NCBI GenBank assembly: GCA_963826525.1
Contig: CAWGXH010000004.1
Coordinates: 1,632,001 to 1,696,000, forward strand
Reading direction: 5' to 3'
DNA: 64,000 nucleotides
Origin: an uncultured Methanomicrobiaceae archaeon
GTDB taxonomy: Archaea; Halobacteriota; Methanomicrobia; Methanomicrobiales; Methanoculleaceae
The notes under the pieces were generated by a model. The model saw only the letters and a list, made by a program, of their open reading frames with translations. It did no database searches and was not told where the DNA came from. Shown piece by piece: positions 44,875-54,714 of the stretch. Numbering within the stretch: position 1 is the first letter of the stretch; each line of letters begins with the position of its first letter. A program made the translations under genes and the position numbers.

Positions 44875-46113
44875 TTACTTGAAGATGTTGAAGATCTGGT
44901 CGTCGCCGGTGTCGTGCAGGCGCTTCCTCTCAGTCTTCTCTTCAACGAGCGCCAGGATGGGCAGGGTCATATCCACACCGGGCTTCTGGCCGAACATCTC
45001 CTCGAGGTCGGTCTGCAGGGCGTGCATGAAGAGTGCGTTCGGGATATCCATCGCACAGAGTTCTTCGCACTGGCCGCAGTTGACACAGGAGTCGGAGATG
45101 TGGGCGAACCGGATCAGGTGGAACATGAAGTCCGGGGGTACCTTGCCGGGCTCGACCATGTCGGCCTTCTTGGTGCTGCACTCCACGCAGTAGCAGATCG
45201 GGCAGTTCTCGATGCAGGCGTAGCACTTGATGCAGCGGCTCGTCGCCTCCATGATCTTCTGGAGACGGTCGCGCCCCTCGCCGAGGCCGGCGAAGTCCTT
45301 TGCGCGCCACTTGTCGCCGAGTTTGAGCATCGCGTTCTCGACCTTGCCGCGGATCTCGATACCTTTGGGATTTGCCGCTTCGGTCTTGACGGCGCCTGCT
45401 TTCTCCGCGCCGGAGAGGAGTTCTGCGCCCTTCTCGGAGCAGACCTCGACGAAGGTTGCCTTGCCGGCCTTGTCGCCGATGACACCCCAGTTCCCTGCGG
45501 CAAGATCTGCCTGGCGGGGGACTTTCATCTTGCAGCGGCGGCAGTTGGAGCGGCGGCCGTAGCCTTCTTCCTCGAGTTCGTCGATGGAGATGCCCTTGTG
45601 CTGGCCGTCCTTGGTGATGACGATGAACTGGCCCTTGTCGATCTCCTCCTTGGCGACGTCGTCGGGGTTGATGCCGAACTTGTCGGCGATCATCTTGCGG
45701 GCGGAAACGGGGCTCACGGAGCCGCCGCAGTTCAGGCCGATCATGAAGACGTTGTCGAGGTTGACCTGGTTGCGCTTTGCGAGTTCGTAGAGACCCATTG
45801 CGTCGCAGCCCTTCACGGGGACGGCGATCTTCATGTCCTTAGCGCCGTCCAGGTACTTCTTGACGAGCTTTGAGAGCAGGAGCGTTCCGCAGTGGAGCGA
45901 CCCTGAGGTCTCTGCAATCTGTGCGGGGTCGGTGATGAGCGTGGGGACGGCATCGTAGATGTCCTGTCCCTTCTTGACGGCAAGGACAGCGTCGACGGTG
46001 CCGCTCTCGAGGGCGTACTTCAGGAGAGCGCTAACTGCTCCTCCGCACTCGCCCTTCTCCTGGCAGGCGGCGTCGGCTGCCCATGCGTAGATCTTGTCGC
46101 CTTGTGCTGCCAT
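44875..46113 (-). CDS. fdhB: F420-dependent formate dehydrogenase beta subunit, copy 2
   Basis: Intact 412-aa ORF with GECGG, GSLHCG, CIKCYACIENCPICYCVEC, CVNCGQCEELC. Confidence 0.95.
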   Translation of the reverse strand: MAAQGDKIYAWAADAACQEKGECGGAVSALLKYALESGTVDAVLAVKKGQDIYDAVPTLITDPAQIAETSGSLHCGTLLLSKLVKKYLDGAKDMKIAVPVKGCDAMGLYELAKRNQVNLDNVFMIGLNCGGSVSPVSARKMIADKFGINPDDVAKEEIDKGQFIVITKDGQHKGISIDELEEEGYGRRSNCRRCKMKVPRQADLAAGNWGVIGDKAGKATFVEVCSEKGAELLSGAEKAGAVKTEAANPKGIEIRGKVENAMLKLGDKWRAKDFAGLGEGRDRLQKIMEATSRCIKCYACIENCPICYCVECSTKKADMVEPGKVPPDFMFHLIRFAHISDSCVNCGQCEELCAMDIPNALFMHALQTDLEEMFGQKPGVDMTLPILALVEEKTERKRLHDTGDDQIFNIFK

Positions 46114-48248
46114 ATTCAGGCCTCCGTGATCTTCTCGACCTTAACGGCACATGCCTTGAACTCGGGGATCTTGGCGATGGGGTCGAGTGCGTTGTTGGTC
46201 AGGACGTTCGCCGCACATTCCGCGAAGTGGAACGGCATGAACATGACGCCCTGCATGATCTCATCGGTCACTTTTGCGGTGACGTTGACGGTGCCGCGGC
46301 GGGTGGTTGCCTTTACCATCTCTTTGTTCTTGATACCGAGTTCCTTGGCGTCTGCGGGGTTGATCTCAATCCAGCCGGTCGGGACTTCGTTATCGAGGGT
46401 CGCGGACCTGCGGGTCATGGAACCGGTATGCCAGTGCCAGAGGATACGGCCGGTGGTGAGGACGAACGGATACTCCGCGTCGGGGACCTCTGCCGGTGCT
46501 TTCCACTCGATCGGGGTAAAGACGCCGAGACCGTCGGGGTGGGCGAACTTCGCGGTGTGGAGGATCGGCGTTCCCGGGTGGTCTTCGGTGGGGCAGGGCC
46601 AGTGGAGGGCTTCGGGCCTGTTGAGCCGCTCGTAGTTCATGCCGTGGTAGGACGGCGTGACGGCGGCGACCTCGGTGAAGATCTCCTCGGCGCTCTGGTA
46701 GGGGAACTGGTTTGCGTAGCCCATCTTTGCCGCGAGTTCGGAGATGATCTTCCAGTCTTCCTTCGCCTGGCCGGGTGTGTCCTGGGCTTTGCGCCACATC
46801 TGGACGCGGCGTTCGGTGCTGGTCTGGGTGCCGTCGCGCTCGGCGTAGCAGGCTGCGGGGAGGACGACGTCCGCCATGGCGGCGGTCTCGGTCAGGAAGA
46901 TGTCCTGGACGACGAGGAACTCGAGGCTCTCGATCGCGTGCTTGACGTGGGTCAGGTCAGGGTCGGAGAGCATCGGGTTCTCGCCCATGATGTACATGGC
47001 CTTGAGTTCACCGGGCTTGTCGGTGAGGACGTCCATCATGACGGTGACTTCGTAGCCGTTCTTCGGCTCGCAGATGCCGTCGGGGAAGCCCCATGCATCG
47101 GCGAACTTCTTGTGGGCGGCCTCGTCGATGACCTTCTGGTAGCCGGTGAAGACGACGGGGAGCGCTCCCATGTCGCAGGCGCCCTGGACGTTGTTCTGGC
47201 CACGGAGTGCGTTCACGCCGCCGCCGGCTTTGCCCAGGTTGCCGAGAAGCATCTGGAGGTTGGCGGTGGACTTGACGTTGTCGACACCGACGGTGTGCTG
47301 GGTGATACCCATCGAGTAGAGGAGTGCCCCGGGCTTGGTGGTGCCGAGCCATTCGGCGGCGGTCTTGAGCTGCTCAACCGGGATGCCGGATATCTTCGAG
47401 ACGTTCTCGAGGCTGTAGTCCTCCTTCATGACGACTTCTTTGAGTTTCTCGAAGTCCTTGGTGCGGGTGGCGATGAATTCCTTGTCTTCCCAGCCGTTCT
47501 TGATGATCTCCTGCATCAGGCCGTTCAGAATAGCCACGTCGGAACCGGAGGTGAAGGCCATGTAGAGGTCGGCCTGCTTGGCGGTTGCAGTGTAGCGGGG
47601 GTCGGCGTAGATGAGCTTGGCACCGTTCATCTTTGCCTGCATCACTCTGCGTCCGATAAGGGGGTGCTGCTCGAAGGTGTTGCTGCCGATGATGAAGATA
47701 CACTTCGATTCGGCGATGTCGCCGATCGAGTTCGTCATCGCACCGGAGCCGAAGGCACCGGCGAGACCGGCGACGGTGGATGCGTGGCAGAGCCGGGCGC
47801 AGTGGTCGATGTGCCGGGACTTCATGACGCCGCGGGCGAACTTCATGAGCAGGTAGTTCTCTTCGTTCGAGACACGGGCGGAGGCGAGTGCCGCGAACTC
47901 GTCGGGCTTGTAGGACTTGAACTTCTGAGCGATCAGGTCGTAGGCCTCGTCCCAGGTCGCCTCGACGAACTGTGCCGTCCTTCTTGATGAGCGGCGTTGT
48001 CAGCCGGTCGGGGCTGTTGACGAACTCATGTGCATAGGTGCCCTTCGGGCATACCTTTCCCTCGTTGACGGGTGAACGCTGGTAGGGCGCCGTGCCGACG
48101 ACCTTGCCGTCCTTCACCACGAGGTTGAAACTGCATCCTGTGCCGCAGTACGGGCACGTAGTCTGTACATACTTGAACTCCATGGTAAAACCTCGGATAC
48201 ATAGAACTTCGAGGTTAGGCATATTTAATTGTAATGATTAACTTTGGC
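46083..48248. repeat. About 2.15-kb direct repeat, copy A (fdhA2, start of fdhB2, proximal promoter)
   Basis: Matches 49534-51698; I count about 9 substitutions and 1 indel by eye in the coding part. Confidence 0.95.
46116..48183 (-). CDS. fdhA: Formate dehydrogenase alpha subunit, copy 2 (1-nt insertion near 47971)
   Basis: ORFs 47374..48222 (N-terminus) and 46116..47846; comparison with copy 3 shows one extra T. Confidence 0.93.
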
Positions 48249-48251
48249 GGT

Positions 48252-48269
48252 TTTGATGAATAACGGTGG
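48252..48269 (-). promoter_or_regulatory. Candidate regulator site upstream of fdhA2 TATA
   Basis: TTTGATGAATAACGGTGG; TATA-like AATTAAATAT at 48221-48230. Confidence 0.5.
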
Positions 48270-48401
48270 GCTACAGCACCCCTCTTTTCAGGGGATCAAC
48301 TCAATGTCGCGATTTATCGGTCGGATCACCTTTTCAGCGCTTAATCTTGGGCTGTATCTCGATGCGCCCTGAACTGGCGCCGGATTGATTGCAGTGTGGA
48401 A

Positions 48402-48411
48402 CAAAAAAGGG
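48402..48411 (-). terminator. Oligo-T tract right after fdhB3 stop
   Basis: Minus strand CCCTTTTTTGTT follows TAA; typical archaeal intrinsic terminator. Confidence 0.4.
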
Positions 48412-49564
48412 TTAGTTGGTGTAGGATGCTCTTCCGAGTTTGGGCTCGAATGCAGTGTCACCCTCGGTCCTGATGGCATGCGAGAAGAGTGCAAGCGGGA
48501 TGTCCATCGGGCAGAGCTCTTCGCACTGGCCGCAGTTGACGCAGGTGTCGGAGATGTGCGCAAACCGCCGGAGGTGGAACATCGGGTTTGGCGGAACCTG
48601 TCCGGAGGTGACCATCCTGGAGTTTCCTTTGAGTTCCTCTGCAGCCGGGAAGCAGACCGGGCAGTTCTCGATGCAGGAGTAGCACTTGATGCACCGGGCC
48701 GTCTCGCGGCCGATGGTGCCCCAGAGGTCGGAGCTGAGCGCTTCGAAGTCGTTCTTTCGCCACTTGTTGCCGAGTTTGAGCATCGCGCTCTCGACCTTGC
48801 CGCGGATCTCGATAGCCTTGGGGTTCGGAGTCTCGGTCACCACTGCACCGGCAGCTACCGCCTTGTTCAGGAGTTCCGCACCCTTCTCGGAGCAGACCTC
48901 GACGAAGGTTGCCTTGCCGGCCTTGTCGCCGATGACACCCCAGTTGCCGCAGGCGAGATCTGCCTGGCGGGGGACCTTGTAGAGGCAGCGACGGCAGTTG
49001 GAGCGTCGACCGTAGCCCTCGTCCTCGAGTTCGTCGATCTTAATTCCCTTGTGGCCGCCTTCATACTCGATGATGAACTGGCCCTTGTCGATCTCCTCTT
49101 TGTGAACCGCATCGGGGTCGACTTCGAACTTCTCGGCGATCATCTTGCGGGCGGAAACGGGGCTTACGGACCCGCCGCAGTTCACGCCGAGCAGGAGGAG
49201 GCGATCCAGATCGACCGCATCCCGCTTCGCGGAGCTCGACGAGACCCATGAGGTCGCAGCCCTTCACCGTGACACCGATCCGTGCGGTCTTGTTGCTGTC
49301 CAGGAAGTTCTTCACCACTTTCGAGAGGAGGAGCGTCCCGCAGTGGAGGGATCCTGCCGTCTGCGCCAGATCTGCCGGGTTGGTGACGAGCGTGGGGACG
49401 GCATCGTAGAGGTCCTGCCCCTTCTTGACGGCAAGGACAGCGTCCACCATGCCGGATTTAAGGGCGTACTGCTGCAGGGCGGTGATCGCACCTCCGCACT
49501 CTCCCCTTTTCAGCATGTCGGCATCCGCCGCCCATGCGTAGACCATGTCTCCTTGTGCTGCCAT
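48412..49564 (-). CDS. fdhB: Formate dehydrogenase beta subunit, copy 3 (short, divergent C-terminus; frameshift near 49220)
   Basis: ORFs 49061..49564 and 48412..49185; GECGG, GSLHCG, NCGG, CIKCYSCIENCPVCFP, CVNCGQCEELCP. Confidence 0.9.
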
Positions 49565-51698
49565 ATTCAGGCCTCCGTGATCTTCTCGACCTTAACGGCA
49601 CATGCCTTGAACTCGGGGATCTTGGCGATGGGGTCGAGTGCGTTGTTGGTCAGGACGTTCGCCGCACATTCCGCGAAGTGGAACGGCATGAACATAACGC
49701 CCTGCATGATCTCATCGGTCACTTTTGCGGTGACGTTGACGGTGCCGCGGCGGGTGGTCGCCTTTACCATCTCTTTGTTCTTGATACCGAGTTCCTTGGC
49801 GTCTGCGGGGTTGATCTCAATCCAGCCGGTCGGGACTTCGTTATCGAGAGTCGCGGACCTGCGGGTCATGGAACCGGTATGCCAGTGCCAGAGGATACGG
49901 CCGGTGGTGAGGACGAACGGATACTCCGCGTCCGGGACCTCTGCCGGTGCTTTCCACTCGATCGGGGTAAAGACGCCGAGACCGTCGGGGTGGGCGAACT
50001 TCGCGGTGTGGAGGATCGGCGTTCCCGGGTGGTCTTCGGTGGGGCAGGGCCAGTGGAGGGCTTCGGGCCTGTTGAGCCGCTCGTAGTTCATGCCGTGGTA
50101 GGACGGCGTGACGGCGGCGACCTCGGTGAAGATCTCCTCGGCGCTCTGGTAGGGGAACTGGTTTGCGTAGCCCATCTTTGCCGCGAGTTCGGAGATGATC
50201 TTCCAGTCTTCCTTCGCCTGGCCGGGTGTGTCCTGGGCTTTGCGCCACATCTGGACGCGGCGTTCGGTGCTGGTCTGGGTGCCGTCGCGCTCGGCGTAGC
50301 AGGCTGCGGGGAGGACGACGTCCGCCATGGCGGCGGTCTCGGTCAGGAAGATGTCCTGGACGACGAGGAACTCGAGGCTCTCGATCGCGTGCTTGACGTG
50401 GGTCAGGTCAGGGTCGGAGAGCATCGGGTTCTCGCCCATGATGTACATGGCCTTGAGTTCACCGGGCTTGTCGGTGAGGACGTCCATCATGACGGTGACT
50501 TCGTAGCCGTTCTTCGGCTCGCAGATGCCGTCGGGGAAGCCCCATGCATCGGCGAACTTCTTGTGGGCGGCCTCGTCGATGACCTTCTGGTAGCCGGTGA
50601 AGACGACGGGGAGCGCTCCCATGTCGCAGGCGCCCTGGACGTTGTTCTGGCCACGGAGTGCGTTCACGCCGCCGCCGGCTTTGCCCAGGTTGCCGAGAAG
50701 CATCTGGAGGTTGGCGGTGGACTTGACGTTGTCGACACCGACGGTGTGCTGGGTGATACCCATCGAGTAGAGGAGTGCCCCGGGCTTGGTGGTGCCGAGC
50801 CATTCGGCGGCGGTCTTGAGCTGCTCAACCGGGATGCCGGATAGCTTCGAGACGTTCTCGAGGCTGTAGTCCTCCTTCATGACGACTTCTTTGAGTTTCT
50901 CGAAGTCCTTGGTGCGGGTGGCGATGAACTCCTTGTCTTCCCAGCCGTTCTTGATGATCTCCTGCATCAGGCCGTTCAGAATAGCCACGTCGGAACCGGA
51001 GGTGAAGGCCATGTAGAGGTCGGCCTGCTTGGCGGTTGCAGTGTAGCGGGGGTCGGCGTAGATGAGCTTGGCACCGTTCATCTTTGCCTGCATCACTCTG
51101 CGTCCGATAAGGGGGTGCTGCTCGAAGGTGTTGCTGCCGATGATGAAGATACACTTCGATTCGGCGATGTCGCCGATCGAGTTCGTCATCGCACCGGAGC
51201 CGAAGGCACCGGCGAGACCGGCGACGGTGGATGCGTGGCAGAGCCGGGCGCAGTGGTCGATGTGCCGGGACTTCATGACACCGCGGGCGAACTTCATGAG
51301 CAGGTAGTTCTCTTCGTTCGAGACACGGGCGGAGGCGAGTGCCGCGAACTCGTCGGGCTTGTAGGACTTGAACTTCTGAGCGATCAGGTCGTAGGCCTCG
51401 TCCCAGGTCGCCTCGACGAACGTGCCGTCCTTCTTGATGAGCGGCGTTGTCAGCCGGTCGGGGCTGTTGACGAACTCATGTGCATAGGTGCCCTTCGGGC
51501 ATACCTTTCCCTCGTTGACGGGTGAACGCTGGTAGGGCGCCGTGCCGACGACCTTGCCGTCCTTCACCACGAGGTTGAAACTGCATCCCGTGCCGCAGTA
51601 CGGGCACGTCGTCTGTACATACTTGAACTCCATGGTAAAACCTCGGATACACTGACTTCGGGGTTAGGTATATTTAATTATACTGATTAACTTTGGTG
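49534..51698. repeat. About 2.15-kb direct repeat, copy B (fdhA3, start of fdhB3, proximal promoter)
   Basis: Matches 46083-48248. Confidence 0.95.
49567..51633 (-). CDS. fdhA: Formate dehydrogenase alpha subunit, copy 3 (intact)
   Basis: 688-aa ORF with the same motifs as copies 1 and 2; Cys (not Sec) ligand in CARLCH. Confidence 0.96.
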   Translation of the reverse strand: MEFKYVQTTCPYCGTGCSFNLVVKDGKVVGTAPYQRSPVNEGKVCPKGTYAHEFVNSPDRLTTPLIKKDGTFVEATWDEAYDLIAQKFKSYKPDEFAALASARVSNEENYLLMKFARGVMKSRHIDHCARLCHASTVAGLAGAFGSGAMTNSIGDIAESKCIFIIGSNTFEQHPLIGRRVMQAKMNGAKLIYADPRYTATAKQADLYMAFTSGSDVAILNGLMQEIIKNGWEDKEFIATRTKDFEKLKEVVMKEDYSLENVSKLSGIPVEQLKTAAEWLGTTKPGALLYSMGITQHTVGVDNVKSTANLQMLLGNLGKAGGGVNALRGQNNVQGACDMGALPVVFTGYQKVIDEAAHKKFADAWGFPDGICEPKNGYEVTVMMDVLTDKPGELKAMYIMGENPMLSDPDLTHVKHAIESLEFLVVQDIFLTETAAMADVVLPAACYAERDGTQTSTERRVQMWRKAQDTPGQAKEDWKIISELAAKMGYANQFPYQSAEEIFTEVAAVTPSYHGMNYERLNRPEALHWPCPTEDHPGTPILHTAKFAHPDGLGVFTPIEWKAPAEVPDAEYPFVLTTGRILWHWHTGSMTRRSATLDNEVPTGWIEINPADAKELGIKNKEMVKATTRRGTVNVTAKVTDEIMQGVMFMPFHFAECAANVLTNNALDPIAKIPEFKACAVKVEKITEA

Positions 51699-52148
51699 GG
51701 TTCAGTTACCCTTGATAGGCGATTGGGGTTGTCTATCTCCTGCCCTGCAGAAAATCCGGTAAACCCCAGATATCTGTGTATTTAAAGCTGGTGCAATCCG
51801 TGACTATATCGACGCGCTCCGGGTCGGATAACTAGGCGGTTTGAAGAACTCGCGGGAGACTGCTGCATCGGAAGTATAAAGTGTTCCTCCGTCCTTTCTG
51901 CATGGTTTGAACGGACCTTCCCGTCAGTCCCGTTTCACTGCCGGCCCGGGCGGTATCCATGCCCCCGATCACGAGTGAACCGGGAACAATCATGGGGGAT
52001 GGAGGGAGATGGGGATGCGCAGAACATTGTCGCAGGGGCGATCTCCGCCGGGCGCTTCACGCCGGCATCATCGCACCCGGAGAGAGATGTTAATAACGGT
52101 GGAAGCTGATACCTGCACAAAATCTCTCCGCTCCGGTGATATCATAGT

Positions 52149-52803
52149 ATGAAGAAAATTCTGCTCCCCCCTATGCTTATCGACCTCGTCGGCAGCGCCC
52201 TTGTCTCGATGGATGGTGTTGCATTCACCGAGCTCGACGCATGCCCGTCGTGCGGGGGATCGCTCACCGGGCACGATCTCCGGAAAAAGAGGTTTGCTGT
52301 GGTCATGGAGGGCGGAAAACCCCGTGTCATCCACGTACACGTCAAGCGATTCTACTGTAATCGCTGCAAAAATCTCTGTTATGCAGAAGCGCCGTTTTAT
52401 CCGGAGACACGTCTTGGCTCTCCCGTCGTCGATCTCTGCGCCCTCCTCGCTGCGCGGATGCCGTTCCACCGGGTGGCACGCCTGCTTGCGGCAATGGGCG
52501 TTATCGTCGATCGCGGGACGATCCGGAACTATGCTGCCCGGGACTTCGGGCGGATTCCCTATACCGAGCCTCTTCGGCGTCACGCTCCCTATGTCGCTCT
52601 TAAACCTCTCCCTCTCTGCCGTCGGAAGCAAGCATCGTTCCATCCCGGGGGCAGAAGCGCTCGCTGCCTGTGGTTTCAAAGCCGCAGACCGGGCAGCGCT
52701 TCACGGCAGGAGGCTTCCCGAAGAGCGGGATCAGCGGAATGAAGAGAAACAGGGCGAAGAAGGGAAACCCCATCAGCAGCGACACCACCGTGATAGCAAC
52801 TGA
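52149..52803 (+). CDS. Hypothetical zinc-ribbon + HTH-like protein (transposase N-terminal-like architecture), frameshift near 52570
   Basis: CPSC...KRFYCNRC, then MPFHRVARLL...VDRGTIRNY; continuation LFGVTLPMSLLNLS in ORF 52201..52803. Confidence 0.6.
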
Positions 52804-52835
52804 TACGGCTAGCAGGATGAGGGTCAGGGACCACC
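52600..52835 (-). CDS. Small membrane protein with C-terminal zinc ribbon
   Basis: LILLAVSVAITVVSLLMGFPFFALFLFIPLIPLF followed by CPVC...CPRD; start probably obscured by a frameshift; directly follows mfnF. Confidence 0.65.
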
Positions 52836-53749
52836 GTTTCGTAACGCCACCTCCCTGACGGCATATGCCGGGAGGGCATCCACGAGATCGCCAAGGTCTC
52901 GGCGCAGCGTGGTGCCGTGGAGTTCTTCGGCAAAGATCTCCGCCCCTATCCCGGCTGTTATGATCCTGTCCGCACCGCTTGTATACAGCGCTCTTCCGAC
53001 AGCCCGGGCGATCAGTCCCTTCTGGATATCCCAGAACTGCCGCGCTATTGCAATCGCCCCCGCTTCTCCGATCTCCTCGAGATCAGCGCAGACGACCCGG
53101 GCGAGGCGTCGTAGTCGCGCCGGCATAGGTCTTCTCCCCGTTATCCGGCGCCGGGCAGATGTAGTCCTCGGCAGAGATGGTGCCGAGGACGAGGTGCGCA
53201 TCCGCGCTGGTTGCGAAGTACTCGGTGCTCACCGGTGTCTCCACGCCGTCGAGGGTCGCCGTTCTGAGGAGTGTTGCGATATTCGTTCGCAGCATCCCGG
53301 TGTACACGAGGGTACTGCCGCTGGAGCCGTAGGGTGTCGGTAAGGCCTTTCAGCGTGTCAAAACATCCGAGAGGGATGATATCCGCCGTCGTGCTTCCCA
53401 CATCGAGCAGTACTGCATCCGCATACTCCTGCCGGAGATAGTCTGCAGATGCAAGCCAGTTTGCAGCGGCGAGTTCCGGCACCGGCTGCGTATGGAAGGC
53501 TCCGTCCATGCCGTAAAATCGTGCCTCGGGGAGAGCGCTCCGGACAGCCTTCACGATCCAGTCAATCCCCTGCATCTTATTCGTGAAACTGTCGGCGAGC
53601 TCTCCGCTCATCACCACTGCCGCCCTGCCGGTATAGCCTTCAAGCATCTCAGTGAGCGGAGCCTCCTGCCAGAGAGGGCAGTAGCGGATATGCACGCCTG
53701 CATCGTCCACGACTTTGAGGTTTGCTCCACCGACATCAATGCCGATCAT
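52824..53749 (-). CDS. mfnF: Methanofuran biosynthesis protein MfnF (hydantoinase A / H4MPT-linked C1 family), two frameshifts
   Basis: MIGIDVGGANLK, MSGELAD, AAANW, DVGSTTADIIP, YTGMLRT, EYFATSADA, RLARVVCAD. Confidence 0.82.
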
Positions 53750-54636
53750 GCGTGTCGCACGCTCCCGTCCTTATCGAAGTACACATGCCCGGAGAGGTGC
53801 ACGGCATCGGGCCCTTCGCCGTGGGACGCCGCGACGAGTATCTCGGCAATCTCCTCCTCCATGATGGCTGCAATGCCGACCAGACTTGTCGTCGGGCGGG
53901 GGTTGACGTCGACGACGTAGATCTGGTCGGCTACGACGAGGTCGATCCCGGCATACCCCTGGCAGCCGAGGACGTTCATTGCCTTTGTGGCGGTCTCGAC
54001 GATCGCATCCTCGCGCTGTGGGTGGATGGGGGTTTCGCCGCCGAGGTAGCGGAGCGTACCGTCCTCGTCGATCGCGATCTCCTGGCGATTCACCGCCAGC
54101 AGGAGCGGGGGTTTGCCGGTATGGTATTCGCAGACGTTCCCGGTCACCCGGCTTCCTACGAGACTCACGCTGATATGGTCGCCCTCGATGTACCGCTGGC
54201 CGATCTCCCCCTCTCCGGGCTCTCCGTCGGATATCCGTATACCCATCGATCCGCACCCGGTAACGGGCTTGATAAGCTTTCTGCCGCCCTGTATCTCCTC
54301 GGGGACTGCTATCCCGTGTTTTGCAAGGATTCCGGCAGTGCGGCGTTTGTTAGCGCAGACCGCAGCGTTCATGCTTCCGCACCCGATGTTATGGGTGAAC
54401 TGCTCGAGCAGATAGGTGAATCGGAAGAGGAGATGATCGGGTGCGATGACCAGCCCGAGATCGCACTCAGGGGCAAGCCTCCTGATCTCACCCTCAAAAT
54501 CGGTACCTTCGGGGGATACGACCTCGTATCCGGACGCTTCGAAACTCTCCCTGAGGACGGAGAGCATGGCGGCTCCCTCCCGGGCAAGCATCGGCTCATT
54601 GCATACGGTGTATTCAGCGAGGAATGCCTTCATCAT
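53746..54636 (-). CDS. mfnD: ATP-grasp tyramine-L-glutamate ligase MfnD
   Basis: EGAAML, IAPD, KPVTGCGS, LAVNRQ, YLGGETP, GYAGIDL, DVNPRPTTS; coupled to mfnF. Confidence 0.82.
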   Translation of the reverse strand: MMKAFLAEYTVCNEPMLAREGAAMLSVLRESFEASGYEVVSPEGTDFEGEIRRLAPECDLGLVIAPDHLLFRFTYLLEQFTHNIGCGSMNAAVCANKRRTAGILAKHGIAVPEEIQGGRKLIKPVTGCGSMGIRISDGEPGEGEIGQRYIEGDHISVSLVGSRVTGNVCEYHTGKPPLLLAVNRQEIAIDEDGTLRYLGGETPIHPQREDAIVETATKAMNVLGCQGYAGIDLVVADQIYVVDVNPRPTTSLVGIAAIMEEEIAEILVAASHGEGPDAVHLSGHVYFDKDGSVRHA

Positions 54637-54714
54637 ATATACGTTGACGGGGGAGGACTTCACCCTGACGATAGGTCAAGTATTTGGCTCCTGGAGCCAG
54701 ATATACAGGCGAAG

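Noticed and set aside
42505-50844. Long plus-strand ORFs (751, 634, 436 aa) opposite the fdh genes
   Set aside because: Antisense shadows of GC3-rich, codon-biased fdhA/fdhB; no motifs of their own
42625-51633. Selenocysteine recoding in fdhA
   Set aside because: All three copies encode Cys in CARLCH; no in-frame TGA
51634-52148. Moco/tungsten riboswitch or ncRNA in the 515-nt intergenic region
   Set aside because: The TATA-like box is about 38 nt from the fdhA3 ATG, leaving no room for an aptamer; no convincing structure or motif seen by eye
53722-54714. 590-aa ORF suggesting a large N-terminal fusion to SurE
   Set aside because: The extension is the antisense of mfnD; SurE starts at ATG 54715
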